Source of the DNA: Halocafeteria seosinensis
Taxonomy: Eukaryota
Direction of reading: 5' to 3'
Assembly (NCBI GenBank): GCA_001687465.1
Contig: LVLI01000094.1
Span: forward strand, 62,001 to 126,000
DNA length: 64,000 nt
A program made the position numbers and the translations under genes. The notes under the pieces are model-generated. The model did not search any database, was not told the DNA's origin, and worked only from the letters and a program-made list of their open reading frames with translations. Shown piece after piece: positions 12,996-26,255 of this stretch. Position 1 is the stretch's first letter. Every line of letters starts with the position of its first letter.

Positions 12996-13333
12996 ACCAT
13001 CCTTACTAACCCCTTGTGTTGTATGCAGGCTGGCAGCTACATTCCTACTGGCCTGTCCAACCGAACAATCTTTTCTCACTTCTTAGCAGCGCTCGATCTT
13101 GCCTTTTCGTGGCCTTTAATGGAGGTCATTTGGTAGTGTATGGGTTGTATAGGTCCATGCATAGATAGAGCGGGAGAATCTGCGTTTAACTTTGGATTGT
13201 CTAAGGGCAAAGATAGAGACTAAAGGGAAAAGAAAGCAAAAGATGTTTTCTTCTGGACCTCGAGGTAAGTGAACGAATGAGAGCTTGAATGGCACGACTA
13301 AAGCCTGCTTCATGCGTGTTTTCTCTTCACACT

Positions 13334-13983
13334 ATGGTGGATACTGCAGGAGGGGGATATGCAGCCGCCAGAATGGGCACTGGATCGGGTGGCCCCATGC
13401 GTCGGTCTCGACGAGGAGGACCTGGTGGCTCAGTAAGACCTTACCGTGGTGGTGGTGGTGGTGGACGAGGAAGAGGTGGTTTCAGAGGCCGAGGTGGTCG
13501 TGGTGGCAGAGGAGGAAGAGGAGGTCGAGGGCGCGGACGTGGTGGCCCCAGAGGCAGAGGAAGAGGAGGAAAGAGCGATATCACAGACCGCTCGAAAGGA
13601 GCTGCTGATCTGGACGACGATCTTGACAGGTATTGGGGGAAGATGCCAGAAAGAGCGACGGAAAAATTGAACACTGAAATAGACGCTTACTTTGAAGGAA
13701 AAGATCGTACGTCTTGTGATGTTCGTGGTCCCTCTTGCTCTGTCATGTATCTCACAGGGTTGTCGTTGCTTTGTGCAGTGAAGCAAGAAGAACTTAATCA
13801 GGACCTGGACAAATACTTTACCGCTCGTAAGTAGCGAGACTGCAATGAATCGTCGTTGTACATACATAAGAGACTGAAGGATTTACTTGAATACCAGAAC
13901 AAGGAGGTGAACAAGAAAAGAAGAAGGAAGGGGAAGCTACGGAAAACAAAGGTGAACAAAAGGAACAGAATGGAGCTGCCTAA
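13334..13983 (+). CDS. RGG-rich CHTOP/Friend-of-PRMT1-like protein (FoP-duplication motifs), 3 exons
   Basis: Long RGG tract followed by DLDDDLDRYW, KLNTEIDAYF and ELNQDLDKYF. Introns 13707-13778 and about 13828-13897. Confidence 0.7.
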
Positions 13984-14154
13984 TGCGTGGTGCTAACTAG
14001 ACTTATGCAGTTTCCATTTATGTTTCATTTAGCATATATATAGCATGATAAAGCATTATATTCGATAAACATGTTCTACAGTCTTCCTTGTTCCTTGACT
14101 TTTACTTCTGCGCCAACATCCCCAACACGCTAAAGATCACACGACGGCCCACAG

Positions 14155-14933
14155 TCAAGAGGCCAACTTCTTACCATTTACATATTGAGCGATTCGCTCC
14201 AAATTGTCAACAAAGCAGTATGCTGGTATGGCAAGTTGACCAGGAGTAGAATCCAGTTTGGAATAGTAAAATTTCAGATATTGGGTCCTCCCGCACTTTG
14301 CAAAATTGAAGCGGTGAGCCACATCCACTCGAGATAGATAGACTGACTCTATGGTGAGGTCTATCCGCCAACATAAACTATTCAATCGTATAACGACATT
14401 GCCATTTGGAAAGACTGTAGGCAACGGGTGCGAGAAATTCCCTGTGAATGATACGAAAAATCCACCGTTGCCCGTACGTACCTATAACCCCTTCATACCA
14501 TTCTCCTGTTCTAATCTTATATTCGTGACTGAGTTTCGATCTCCGATACAGTACAAAGAGAGCAATCCCTGTCGTAACGCTGTTAAAGCAAATAAACAAA
14601 GCAGCGTCGAGAGAATGTTCTTGATTTGGGGGGAGGGGGGATCCAACCTATCACGTACAGTATGATGATTCCCACTGTTAACGTGCCTGCCTGTGTCGAG
14701 CCCGATGTCGAGCCACCGACTGCTATGAGGATGAGGGATAATAGACTCCCTCCTGCTAGTGTAACCCAAAAGAAGAAGGGAAATCGATACGAGCTCGGGA
14801 ATACCTGCGCAGAGAAAACAAGTCCCACCAAGTGAAGCGAGCGCAAACCTGGTACAACTACTACAGCGCCACTCACCTGTGTATTGGTGGGCAGGAGATC
14901 CGAAGTGGTTTCTTCCGTCAGTAATGGGTCCAT
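14155..14933 (-). CDS. Hypothetical membrane protein (two TM segments plus a small globular C-terminal domain), 4 exons
   Basis: GT-AG splicing gives a continuous frame: MDPLL...Q|VFPSSYRFPFFFW...GIII|LVTTGIALFVLYRR...EGVI|VFPNGNVVIRL...KKLAS*. Confidence 0.6.
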
Positions 14934-15765
14934 TTCGAGTAGAAGCGTCAATGAATACCGAGCGACAGCAGTATGAAGCCCTGGTTCTATGGCAGCATCG
15001 AGAGGAGGTCAACTCCAGGGTTTGACAGAGTGATGATATCAGATTTATACACACCCCACACAGCTATTTGCACCTTTTATTTCATGATGACGAAAGAGTT
15101 AAAGTGGAATTCACTGGATGAAACAAAACTCGAAGGAAACAACAAATCAAATCAACTTAACCATGTCCTGCACCAGGTATCTTCGTCTCTTGACATCTCC
15201 GCTCCTACGCCTCAAGGCTTACGGCCCAAGTTACGGGCCACCGCACTGGCATGAGCCAGACAGCAGAAACATAGACATCGGAAGTCTCAAGGGAGAGCAA
15301 ATTTGCTTGAACGTGATCGACGTATAAGGGATGGTAAGTAGTGAAACCGGATTTCGTTTATGATATTAAGGATACAATGACCAAGAAGTGGCGTCGCACC
15401 AACACGTCCAGCTCTACTACTTGTACCGGAATACTTGGGAAAAGACTGTGAGCACGAAGACCTGACGAAACTTGCCAAAAACACTTCCGAAATTCTCCGG
15501 TAACTGGAGATGAGGTCATCGATTCACTAAAGGTCATAAATCGTACTCAAGAATACGATATCCAACAAAATCGTCTTTGCAACATTTGGGTTCGGTGTAG
15601 CGCTAAGCGCCTGTCACTGTGAAACAAGATTTCGCCGTCAGCGTATCTCTTTACAGTATCATATCAGCCACGTTGCATTGTGATCTATACTCTACTACCG
15701 GGGTACTACTGAGCATTCTGCGGGGAGCCGGCCTCGTCGTTCAGCAATTCGTGTTGAGAGTACAT

Positions 15766-16965
15766 TCATTTACTGGCCGTCTTCCTTTTTTTGTTTCCCT
15801 TGGAGCCATTTTTACCAGATGAAGCAGGTCTACCCGTTTTCCTCGAAGGAGAAGCTTTCTTGGTCGCAGGCTTGGAGCGGGCGGATGCGTCGTGTTCCTC
15901 TCTCTCCTGCTGCTTGCTATCCCCTTCATCATCACTCGCGAAGAGTTTCGTCCTGCTCTGTGGTACTCCCTCTTGACTGGCTAGTTTGCCATTAGCTCGA
16001 GCTTGTTCTTTGCGGGCTTTATCTACCTGCTTGGTCAGACTGGCTTCACTCATTCCCATTTGTGGCACGTCGAATCGGCCGTCGTATACTTTGAATCCGT
16101 ATACCCTCGGTTCATACGGGATAGATGGTGCCTGCGGAGCTAGATGCGGTTTTTGCATAAGTAAAAGATGTGGAAACGATGCACCAAAAAAGGCTCCATC
16201 CAATTGAGCAAGACTCGCTATCGGAGGCTTAAATGCATCTCGACAACGTGGGCAAAATACCCTGGCCGCCGACTTAAAGGGTTCGTCATGAAAACCAACT
16301 GGTAGCACAGGAGAGTCATAGCATAGCGCACGTGGACATGTGCCGAATTCCTCGTTTTCAAATTTTTGAGTCTGAAACGCGCAAGTGCTAAATACGGTTA
16401 AGGTCGGTAACAGGGGGAGCAGTAAGTCCGTCCTAGCTTACCATCGCTGTCATGCCTCTAGCAGTCAAAATAAACCTCGAGTGGATAAGGCCGTACAATG
16501 TAACTGCTTCTGTAAAATAATCGGATGCCTGTATATCCTCCTCGTCATCTGTAATACATGGGAAATGAGCTCGCCATTTATGCTCCGCCGGAGCCGCTCC
16601 GGCACCGCTTCCTTGTGTTTTCACACTTACCAACCGTATCCAGTATCATCGAGAGTGCCACACTAAAGTGTGGAATAACTTGTCGAAGACCATATAAATT
16701 GAAATTATCCTCTGCGGCAGGGAAGAGGCACATTATAGCACTATAAGACACGCCAACGGGACGGGGCTTTGAAAGACGTACCCATGAAGGACAGATCCAC
16801 TTGGCATAAGAACGAATACGGCGGTGTTCTATGTAAGAACTCCACCCAAGGCTCCTCATCTGCATTCGAGGTTGGTCGCATAGCTACGAGGTGTGAAAGA
16901 ATGCACCGATATACAATATTGGTACCTGTGCTGGTGGTGGAGCTGCTGACCTCCTCGTCCCCCAT
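15766..16965 (-). CDS. CSNK2B: Casein kinase II regulatory (beta) subunit with an extended basic C-tail
   Basis: EDNFNLYGL, LYGLIHSRFILTARG, FGTCPRALC...PVG, zinc-finger FCPRC, LDGAFFGASFPHL. Confidence 0.93.
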
Positions 16966-18031
16966 GCTGGTGGTTGTACTCTATCCCCTACTGCTAACCG
17001 CTACTTGTCTGAGCTCAGTTGAATCCAAGTGTACACATGCACATGACACTTAAGTTTTCGTCTGTCCCTTGATCTTGATTCAACTAGACAGCTTTATTTT
17101 GCTGCACACTACAAGACTGACGAAAAGATATGAACTATTGTGGACTGTCTGGAATCCTTACTACTCTGGACGGTCTGGATGCTATTGTGTAGTAGGCGGT
17201 GGCCACAACCTTAATAGCTGCTAGTAGAATATTATGTATTATAAGATGGTGTCTGAGTCTATATGGCGTGTTGGGATATGTATTGAATGCTTCAGGAGCA
17301 GGCAAAGGCGTGGAGGGGACATACCGTACCGATAGACCAGAGACCAGTTGTTCATTCTGCGGAACCGAAAGCAGATTCGCGAAATTGCCTCTACCTACTG
17401 CATCGTGCTGTGAAAATTGTTTCCAACAATGTTACGGGTGACCAAGAGGCCGATTCTTTGAAAAGGGGGAGTATGTACATGTGCGGAACCATACCATCGG
17501 ACACCCACGCGTATTCGTATTGGAAATTCCAAGTAACGTTCAATGTCACCGCTCTCATAGTTTGATGTGCTCCGAATCCGTTCTGATTGATGGTGCTTTA
17601 GGAATTCATCGAAGGCGTACCAACCGCATGCAGCAGGTATGCACTGGTTCTTCGAATGGCACTCGACCTGCTCGACTGTCGATTCCTGATGGCATGCTGA
17701 TGCACTGTGCACGACAACGAAGTCATTAACAGTGTTAGACAATGCCATCCCTCGTGTCTATTGCTTCCTCTTCACTCACTGTGGCTTCGCTCTTGATTGT
17801 CAAACTACCTGTACACTTCGAATGGCTCAACGTGGGATGTCGTACTGACTGGCTCCTGAGTGCTTGAGTGCAGCAACAATTTACAACATTACCAATGCTA
17901 GTATCGCCTGTTGTCGCCAAGCTGTTTGAAAGAATGTTCCATATCGCCAAGTGCTTGGCCGTGGTTTCTTGATATCAATAGGCCGCTTATTGCTCATACT
18001 GGGCACTCTCCTCTCTACAACTGTACAGAAA

Positions 18032-18049
18032 TACACACACACACACACA
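18032..18049. repeat. Short (AC)n microsatellite
   Basis: acacacacacacacac run. Similar short tracts: (GT)n near 6885-6898 and (TTTA)/(TTCA)n near 39838-39875. Confidence 0.8.
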
Positions 18050-18413
18050 ATACTACAGAGGGGAGACTGTAGATCTTTCAATTCCTTCACTGTAGAAAGA
18101 AAAAATAGGCGGAAAGTCAATAAAGAGCAGGGATTGATGCCGTTTCAACCCGCAGTACCAACTGTGCTACAATCTGAACAGTGGCTTAAGCCTGTGGTGA
18201 TAAAGTGGTTTGTGAAGGTGCACTTGCGACAGGTATTCCAGTCCCTCTGAGAGACGGCAGCACACTGAGCACAGTATTGATAGAGTGCTGATAGAGTAGG
18301 AGCTGAGCCAAATAGTCGACGCTGTACTTTGTAGCATACGGCTGTACGAGTGCTCCAGTCAAGGGATAAACTAGTGGGATTCAGCTTTGTTCTAGTATTC
18401 GACGCGAGAGGCC

Positions 18414-19379
18414 ATGGTGTCCTTCATCTGTGGAGCCTGTCAAGAGACACTAAAGAAGAATCAGGTAAGCCTAGATTTTGCCCAACCCTTTGTGTCTATC
18501 GGATTGAACCAAATAATATATGGTATGCAGGTGGATAAACACATCCCCAAATGCCCTCAGTGCTGGGTTCTCACTTGTGTCGATTGCTCACAGGACTTCG
18601 AAGGAGAAGCATTTCGCAAGCACACGAGCTGTGTTACAGAAGCTGAGAAGTACCAGGGAAAGCTATATCAGGCGAAAAAGAAGAAGAAATCGCCCCAGGA
18701 ACAATTCTTGGAAGCTGTTGCCTCAGCCGCCGCTGACACCACTATTAAACCTCAGCTCCAGAAGCTTCTGAAGCAGTTGGGAGACTTCCCGAATGTACCA
18801 CGAAAGCAGAAAAAATTCGTTAACTTTTGTAAAAATTCATTCCAGGTGAAAGATGGGAAACTCATGGAAGAACTATGGGACGTAATCCAGAGCCATTCCC
18901 AGGCCAGCCAACCAGAATCGAGCACAAGTGGTTCAGCAACATCTACCGAGGCAACCGCCGATGGAGCCACTACCAGCGCTAGCACATCAGCAGCCTCGTC
19001 AGATGTAAAGAACGACTCTAAGACAAGTACCACTCAAAGCAATGGACATACGGAGGTTAATGTTGGTGGGAAACGGCAGCGAGCAGAGGCAACACAGGAG
19101 AACGGTCAAAGCCGGCCAAGCAAGCAGTCGAAGACAGAGGATACAATACCGAAAAAGCAATGGAAGAAAACAATAGTTGATTTGCTTGAAAAGGATGATA
19201 AAGCTAAGACCAAAGGACTAAAAGAGAAGAAACTCCTACAGAAAGCGAGGTCGGCCGCCGGGCTTAAATCGACTGCCAGTAGTGTAACCGATAGCAACTT
19301 TCAAAAAGCATTAGAAAAACTGGAATCAAAGAGTAAAATCCAGAGGAAGAAAAACAGGATAACGCTTGCAAGCGAATAG
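18414..19379 (+). CDS. LYAR: LYAR-type zinc-finger nucleolar protein; one intron 18465-18530
   Basis: MVSFICGACQETLKKNQ|VDKH..C...TCVDCSQDF...HTSCVTEAEKYQG, PNVPRKQKKFVNF; Lys-rich tail. Confidence 0.92.
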   Translation: MVSFICGACQETLKKNQVSLDFAQPFVSIGLNQIIYGMQVDKHIPKCPQCWVLTCVDCSQDFEGEAFRKHTSCVTEAEKYQGKLYQAKKKKKSPQEQFLEAVASAAADTTIKPQLQKLLKQLGDFPNVPRKQKKFVNFCKNSFQVKDGKLMEELWDVIQSHSQASQPESSTSGSATSTEATADGATTSASTSAASSDVKNDSKTSTTQSNGHTEVNVGGKRQRAEATQENGQSRPSKQSKTEDTIPKKQWKKTIVDLLEKDDKAKTKGLKEKKLLQKARSAAGLKSTASSVTDSNFQKALEKLESKSKIQRKKNRITLASE

Positions 19380-19444
19380 TGTATTTTCTGACAATATACC
19401 ACTTGTTACAATACCAACCTCCATGATGTTGTAAATCGTTGCAA

Positions 19445-20851
19445 TTACACCTTTCCGTAATCGAACTTGCTCTCTAGCCTCTTTGATTCAGCTAGTTTTC
19501 GTACAGCTTTCATGAAGTCTTCGTCGATACAATAGTCACGATCGTTTCGGATAGCAAACATTCCAGCCTCTGTGCAAATATTTCGCATATCCGCCCCGTT
19601 AAATCCATCCGCGAGTTTACACACTGATTCGTAGTCAATGTCTCCCTGTTTGGCAAGTTTCGCAGAGTGGATCTTGAGAATATCCATTCTTGACTGTTCG
19701 GTAGGCAAAGGAATTTCAATTTTCCTATCTAAGCGTCCAGGGCGGAGCAGCGCCGGGTCTAATATATCTGGGCGATTTGTTGCCATCACTATCTTAACTT
19801 GTCCAATTTCTTCGAAACCATCGAGCTGATTTAGAAGTTCCATTAGAGTTCTCTGAATCTCTCTATCTGCAGACGTTCCTTCATTGAATCGTTTTCCTCC
19901 AATGGCATCTATTTCGTCCATGAAAATCACGCACGGCTGATGATCCTTAGCGTATCCAAACATTTCTCGTACGATACGAGCAGATTCACCGATGTATTTG
20001 TCCACAATTGCACTAGCTACCACCTTCAAGAACGTTGCTTGTAGATTGCAGGCCAATGCTCGTGCCAGAAGTGTTTTCCCGGTTCCAGGGGGGCCGTAGA
20101 GCAAAACACCTTTGGGAGCATTAATTCCCACCCGGTCAAATAATTCAGGATTCGTCAGAGGCAGTTCCACCACCTGTCACAACAAATAAGCAATGACCAT
20201 GTCAGCACACTCCTCTTGATAAACGGGAGCGGTGACACGTACCTCCCTTAACTCTCTGATCTGGTCGTTGAGCCCACCAATCGACGAGAAGGAGACAGCC
20301 CCTTCAGCCTCTTGCGCCATGGAGTAGACATTGGGGTCCACTTCTCGGGGGAGCTTTCGCATGACCGTAAGCGTATTCATGTCGAGGGCTACCCGCGCGC
20401 CAGACGTGAGTGATTTCTTGTCAAGTTTTGCCCGAATGTTCACGACCCATCGGGGCCCATTGGACGCTTTCACGATGAATCGATCCTCATCCAATTGTTG
20501 TAGCACTTCCCCGACGACTTGGCCTACACTCTGTAGTCCACATGATTTCAGAGAATAAATAGTATTAGAGCAATAAAAGCTGCTAAGAGCCACATACTTG
20601 CAGAGCTTTCAAGTCATCTTCTGATTTCTGGTACTCCTTTCGTGCTTCTTCCAGCTCCTGCCGCTTCTGTTTCACTCTGCAGACGCACATATCACGTTTT
20701 CCAAAAGAATAACCAGTTGCTAGTAAAACATTTATAGTGATACGTACTCGGCTTCCTTCTCTGTATGCTTGACAAGGACCCTTCTGTATTCCTCCAGCAA
20801 ATTCTGGCGGCTATCTACTCCTCCTGCGCCTCCCTGACTGGGTGTCGACAT
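19445..20851 (-). CDS. PSMC6: 26S proteasome AAA-ATPase subunit RPT4 (10B)
   Basis: [65 protein letters not shown]-terminal DYGKV. Confidence 0.97.
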
Positions 20852-21559
20852 CGTTTCTGTACCTTTGCCTCTCCTCACGAGCCTTGGCTTGATATAAATT
20901 AACTTGTAATGGGACAAAACAATGTACGTAGGCTGTTTTTGCTCCTCTTGATTTGCCCCCTTTGCGATACCCGACGATTTGATTGTACTGTTACTGTGCA
21001 AAAGGTTCGGTCAAGACTTTGGGTCGCGGGGTTGTGGTAGCGGACCATGTAGACTGGGCAGAGGCAATACTGACACACTTCCCTCAGCAGCAAAACGGAG
21101 ACTTTATATTTTGTGTTAAAATGCTTGATGAATGCCCAACTAACCAAGAGTAACTGTCGTGTAATGTATATGTATATTAACCGTCACTAATGTACGTGCG
21201 GTACAAAAAGTTGTACCTTACTGTACGCGTTAGTTTTTATTATTTATTTTCGGCAGGCAAACTTGATGTACTTCCTCTACCGTACATTTTTGGTTTCACC
21301 TGTATAGATAATTGTAGCTGCATAACTACGTCAACCACCAGTATTCCCTCAGTTTCACCTTTCCCGCAGACCTCAACGGTCCAAAACATAGTGTGCCAAG
21401 CTCCATGCCTCGTTTTTTCCAGGCTGATCCTGGCTCGTTCCCGTTAGGGTACCTCGCCGTGTTGTTAAAGGATAGGGTTGCGTTTCTTAGTAGCTTAGAT
21501 TGCTCTTCGCTCTCCATAATATCCGTTCGAAGACGATTCATGCGAGCTTGCCATTTTAA

Positions 21560-24500
21560 TCACTGGAACACCTCTTCCACCCTGATTCTCCGAACATTAG
21601 GACCGGCAGTGTGAGGACGCCCGTTCTGAAGCCTAGAATGGCCATGCTCCTCTCCAGATATCATGGATACAGACTGGGACTGGTCCGCCGCTTCTTCATT
21701 CCGACGGCTCCTTGCGTTGTCCGGTACAAGCTCATGCAAACTCTCATTGTACTGAGATCTTAGCCTATAATACACGGACTTTAGTGGATCGGGTAAGGTA
21801 TAGAGGTCCGAGTTATCGCGGACTACCAAGAGTACTTCGCGTTGACGTCGATTAAAATCAGGATCTTGAGGCGTCGTCTTGGCGGATTCATCATACACCG
21901 AGGCAATGCTTTCCAGTTGCCGATGGTAGTCCCTTGCAATGTCCTCCCATTGACGCGAATACCGATAAAATTCATGGAAGTATCGATCCATTAATGTTTC
22001 CATCTGGGCGAGGCGAGGAAACCGTGCACTCAAGGCCCCTTCGCACTGTTGACCGAACTGCACGGCACGTTCTATTCCTTGATACAAGCGAGTCAAAATG
22101 TCTCTTATGGCATTATCATCTCTATTCACAAGATTGCCAGAAATGATTCGCTCGAGAACCCTAAGGTTTTGGTCTATTGTTCTCAAGTAATCCAAATATT
22201 TGATTCTTTGTCCATGGAATTGCCTCAAAAACTGAAGCACCTGGTGAAGCTGGTGCTCTGTGTTATCTTGGTTCAGCAATCCGTGGTGTATGTCGTTTTG
22301 GCCACATGAATCCGTTCTTTCAGGTGTGTTGTTAGCATTACCCGCCGGTGCCGTATTGATTTGATCGGTTTGAGTACTAGCTGTCGCTTTCTCCGGTTCA
22401 GATGTGCTGTTAGCATTCTCCTCTGGTGTAGTATCGGTTTGAGTACTAGCTGTATTTTTTTCTGATTCAGGAGTTCTTGTGTGCAGAGCGTTCGACGACC
22501 AATATTTAAGAGTCGCTACCTTCTGTTTCAAGTGTTCAAAGGCTTCCGTGATTTGGTCTACGTGTTTTCTAGACCGAGACACAGAACGTAGACCCTTCCT
22601 GAGCGCATCAATCTTAATGACAACGCTCTGACCGTAGTGTCTTATGAGAGCCTTGAAGCGTTGAAATTCTTCCTTTGTATAATAGTCTCCCGTGTCCTGC
22701 AAGTTCTTAGTACGTTGTTCCAAGGTTTCCCTCAATGAGCTGTTCATCCTCCGCAAACTCTCCAATTCCTCTTTGATCTCGGGACCAGGGCTCGAAGAAC
22801 CGTGAACGCGCTCTTTAATAGTTAGCTGAACATGTTGCAGTCGTCGCACAGTGGACCGTAGAACATGAGGAGTAATAGCGTCCTTTACTGCGTTCCTCTC
22901 AGAGTCCAACGGCAGTCTCTGGACTCCGTTTGGTGCGGATACAAGATTTCTTTGTGTTCCAGCCTGCAGAAACGGAGCGTCTGCGGTTCTCAGCCGCGCT
23001 AACTCAGTTGTTTCTCCACGAACGTGCTCTGTGAGCACAGATTGCCCAAGGTCAAGACGCATAGCGGAGCCAAGTACGTTCTTTCGCTCGCGGATAGTTG
23101 TGCCGCATATTTTGCTTCCAATTGATAAATTGCGTGAAGAGTCCTGTAGCCCACCGTTTAATATTGGATACATTCTGACTGAAATTCTCTCACTCGAAAC
23201 AATTACATACCACCAAACGTTCGGCAGATGTTATCCTACTAGACTGAACGGGGGCGAAGATGGACAGCGTCATGGCTGAGAACCGTTTCCATCAGAAGAA
23301 ACATTTGACACTTACTTGAACACGTTCTCCCTCATACTGTTCCTGTGTAACATCAGAAACATGACAAACGCATGAGTCATAGTAATACATGGACTATGGA
23401 TCACTCTTACATTTTGACTCGCAACATTTGTCATGTTTTTCTTCTGTAATGTTAAATAAGGGTTCACACAGTAAATACTCTGGCCAACTCATGATGGTGA
23501 GCATGCAAACTTACCCTTAGCTTGCTCATAGCACCTTCATAATATGCCTGCGGTCGACATACAACGATGACGTACACACCAACACAACACACAGATGAGG
23601 ATAGCCAGACACTTACCAAGTCCGTTTGGGCCTTACTCAGTTCGATTTGGGTTTGACGAAGTTCCTTCTGTGAGTCATCTTTAGCTTTTTGAAGCGTTTC
23701 CATGTGCGTCTCCAGATCGTCATTGTTTGTCCGTAGGTCCCAAACCTCTTTTCGCAACTCTGCAATTCTATCCTCTAATTTTTCTATATCATTGCGTTGC
23801 TGATGAATCCACCTATCTTTTTCAGTTATAGTGGCACTCAAGTCATCCACCTGAAATTCGGGAAAAGGAACTGTAATAGAGCCGCCGGAACTAACCTAGT
23901 TGGTGACATTGACCTACCTCCATATGGGCATCAATAGAGGGAAATATTCCAGAGGAACGCATCCTACTATGATTTCCTAATACTCCTTGAGAACGGGATT
24001 CACCACCTCTATCCTGCTCGAAATCCTCGTCTTCCGAGTCAAGTGAGTCTTCGCTGTCTCTCCGTTTGGTATCCTCCATGCATTTGGGGTCGGAAAGCTT
24101 CGAACGTAAAGCATCACACAGTTCAGCGTTTTTCTGTTTCAAAGTGCTGACTCTTTCTCTAGATTTCTTTAGCTTTCTCTTTAGCTTGTTAACCTGCGAG
24201 TGAAACGCGCTGTGGCACTGCAACTTTTGTACCCGTGACTATGGGGGCTGATCCGCTTACCTCTGCGACTAGCTCTTCCCTTGTCCTTTCACCGAAACGC
24301 GAGGGTCCACCCACCGTTTTCCGTAGTATCAAGTCATCTACTTCTGGCGGCCCTAAATCGGTCATGTCGATTACGGTTTTCCTCAAGATCGAGCTAACAT
24401 TTTCTTGATGGCGAAGCTGCGAGGTCGGATTTTCTCCAATAAAACAGTCCAAGCTTTTGTTCATCTCGTGTCGTTCGACAAAGTTCTTACATCTTTGGCC

Positions 24501-24954
24501 ATTTTTTGCACATTACGTGAGCGCTTATCGCCCCGTTGCTCCTCTTCTAATGCTTGATTTTTCTCTTGTAACTGCGAAATCGTTTTCATTAGTGTTCGCT
24601 CCCTCTGGGAATGCATGTCCGACAGCCTCTGAAACTGAGCTGCAGAACCGAAACAAACCAACCAAAGGCACATTTAAACCTTGTAAATACAAGCACCGTC
24701 CACCCCCAAACCAAGGAATTCAAACCCCTACCTTGTGTATATTCACTACCAGATGGTCCTGAAGCTCCTCCGTCGAATGCCGCCGTTCTTCCACTCGCCT
24801 GGGCGCTCATCGGCCTCCGAAGGACCGATGAGGAAGCAGAAGCCGATAACCCATTACGAGACGCTGCTGGCGTGCCTTCCGGCTCAGGAGGAGGCAAATG
24901 CGACGTGGAGGACGTCGTACGCCTCCGCCGTGAAGCTGATCGCTTCCGCGGCAT
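21560..24954 (-). CDS. Large coiled-coil protein of unknown family; about 10 exons including four micro-exons and a ~1.6 kb last exon
   Basis: ORF pieces at 24954, 24640, 24416, 24192 and 23851 connect through exons 23547-23515, 23443-23411, 23342-23316 and 23243-23211 into the 23143-21560 frame via GT-AG introns. Confidence 0.65.
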
Positions 24955-25373
24955 TAGTCAACCCTGTTTTTCGACCCCGAAGACGTTTTCCGATCAACAT
25001 AAATTCACACTGAGCATCACACATATAAGTATCGGATAGTGTCAACACTATCACAGGGAAGATATACGCCTCGGAACCGAATGAATAGAACAAGAAACGC
25101 GCAACTTCAACATGTTAACGTCCGATCACGGCCAGGATTCATGAGCTTCGCAAAGATTCCCACGTTCTTTCGGAGAGACGAATAAGAAAAAAGCGTGAAT
25201 ACAATCAGGTGTAGGTAGTTTAGTTTCGCGTCTGGAGGATAGTAATGTATTCACGTATGTGACGAGCGGTCGAACGAACGAACGCAGAGCTGCAGTCAGC
25301 AACTTGCACTGCAGATGAATTCGACGTCGACACTATTCCGCGCACGCAAATAAAGTATCGAGCAGACATATAG

Positions 25374-26255
25374 TTACGATATCACACAACATGAATTGGT
25401 CTTTTTGGCATTCTTATAAAACATCTTGCTTTGTCGCGACAAGTCTTCGCTCTTATCCACCAATTCATCCAGCTTTTGACCTCTTTCCAACACTTGATCT
25501 ATCGTTTGTACCTGTATTCAGAATTGTCCTTGCATGAACAGGACTAAAGATTTGCATGCACACCAATAACCAAATTACATACCAACACTGATTTGGTTTC
25601 ATCTAACTGAGTTTGGACTCTCATGATTTTATCCACTTTCTCAGGCTGCTGGTATTCTGCTAGGGCTTTTGATAGCGGTTCGTAGCGACATGCGTAGTCG
25701 GTCGATACGGATCTCCAATTTCTGCAATAAAAAATTGACGATGGCGAATAAGCATGACTGTCATTGATGCCAATAAACACGGGGTTGAGCACATACGAAT
25801 ACTCCTTGATAAAGCCAGCCAGTAATTCCCGAACCATAGACAGTGCTACCCGTGAAGGATAATCTCTGTCACAAACTGCTACCCCCACAAGCCCATCCGC
25901 TTGCACCACAACGTGACAATGATATCCTGCGAAACGACAGACATCAACAACTAACCAGAGTTGTGGAAATAACGCCCGTCAGACAGGCTAAACTCACCTT
26001 CATGATCTACTACATGGGTTCCAACAGGACATCGTTTGGCCAATGTTCGTCCCACGAAAACTAAAAATTCCTTGACTCTGCATACAGAACCCTATTTTTT
26101 TATATAATTGACGCTTAGGTCCTTCCATCCTTCGTGCGCGCTTACCCATTCCTCTGGAAGAACCCAAATTCGGAGACATCCGAATCCATATCGAGCACTA
26201 GAGGTTCTTCTGTATCATTGTTCCACCGCAGAATTGCAATGGACTGAATCTTCAT
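25374..26255 (-). CDS. YKT6: YKT6 longin R-SNARE
   Basis: [67 protein letters not shown] (CCAAX). Confidence 0.95.

Noticed and set aside
17199..18250. Several short ORFs between CK2 beta and LYAR
   Set aside because: Could not build a coherent gene model.
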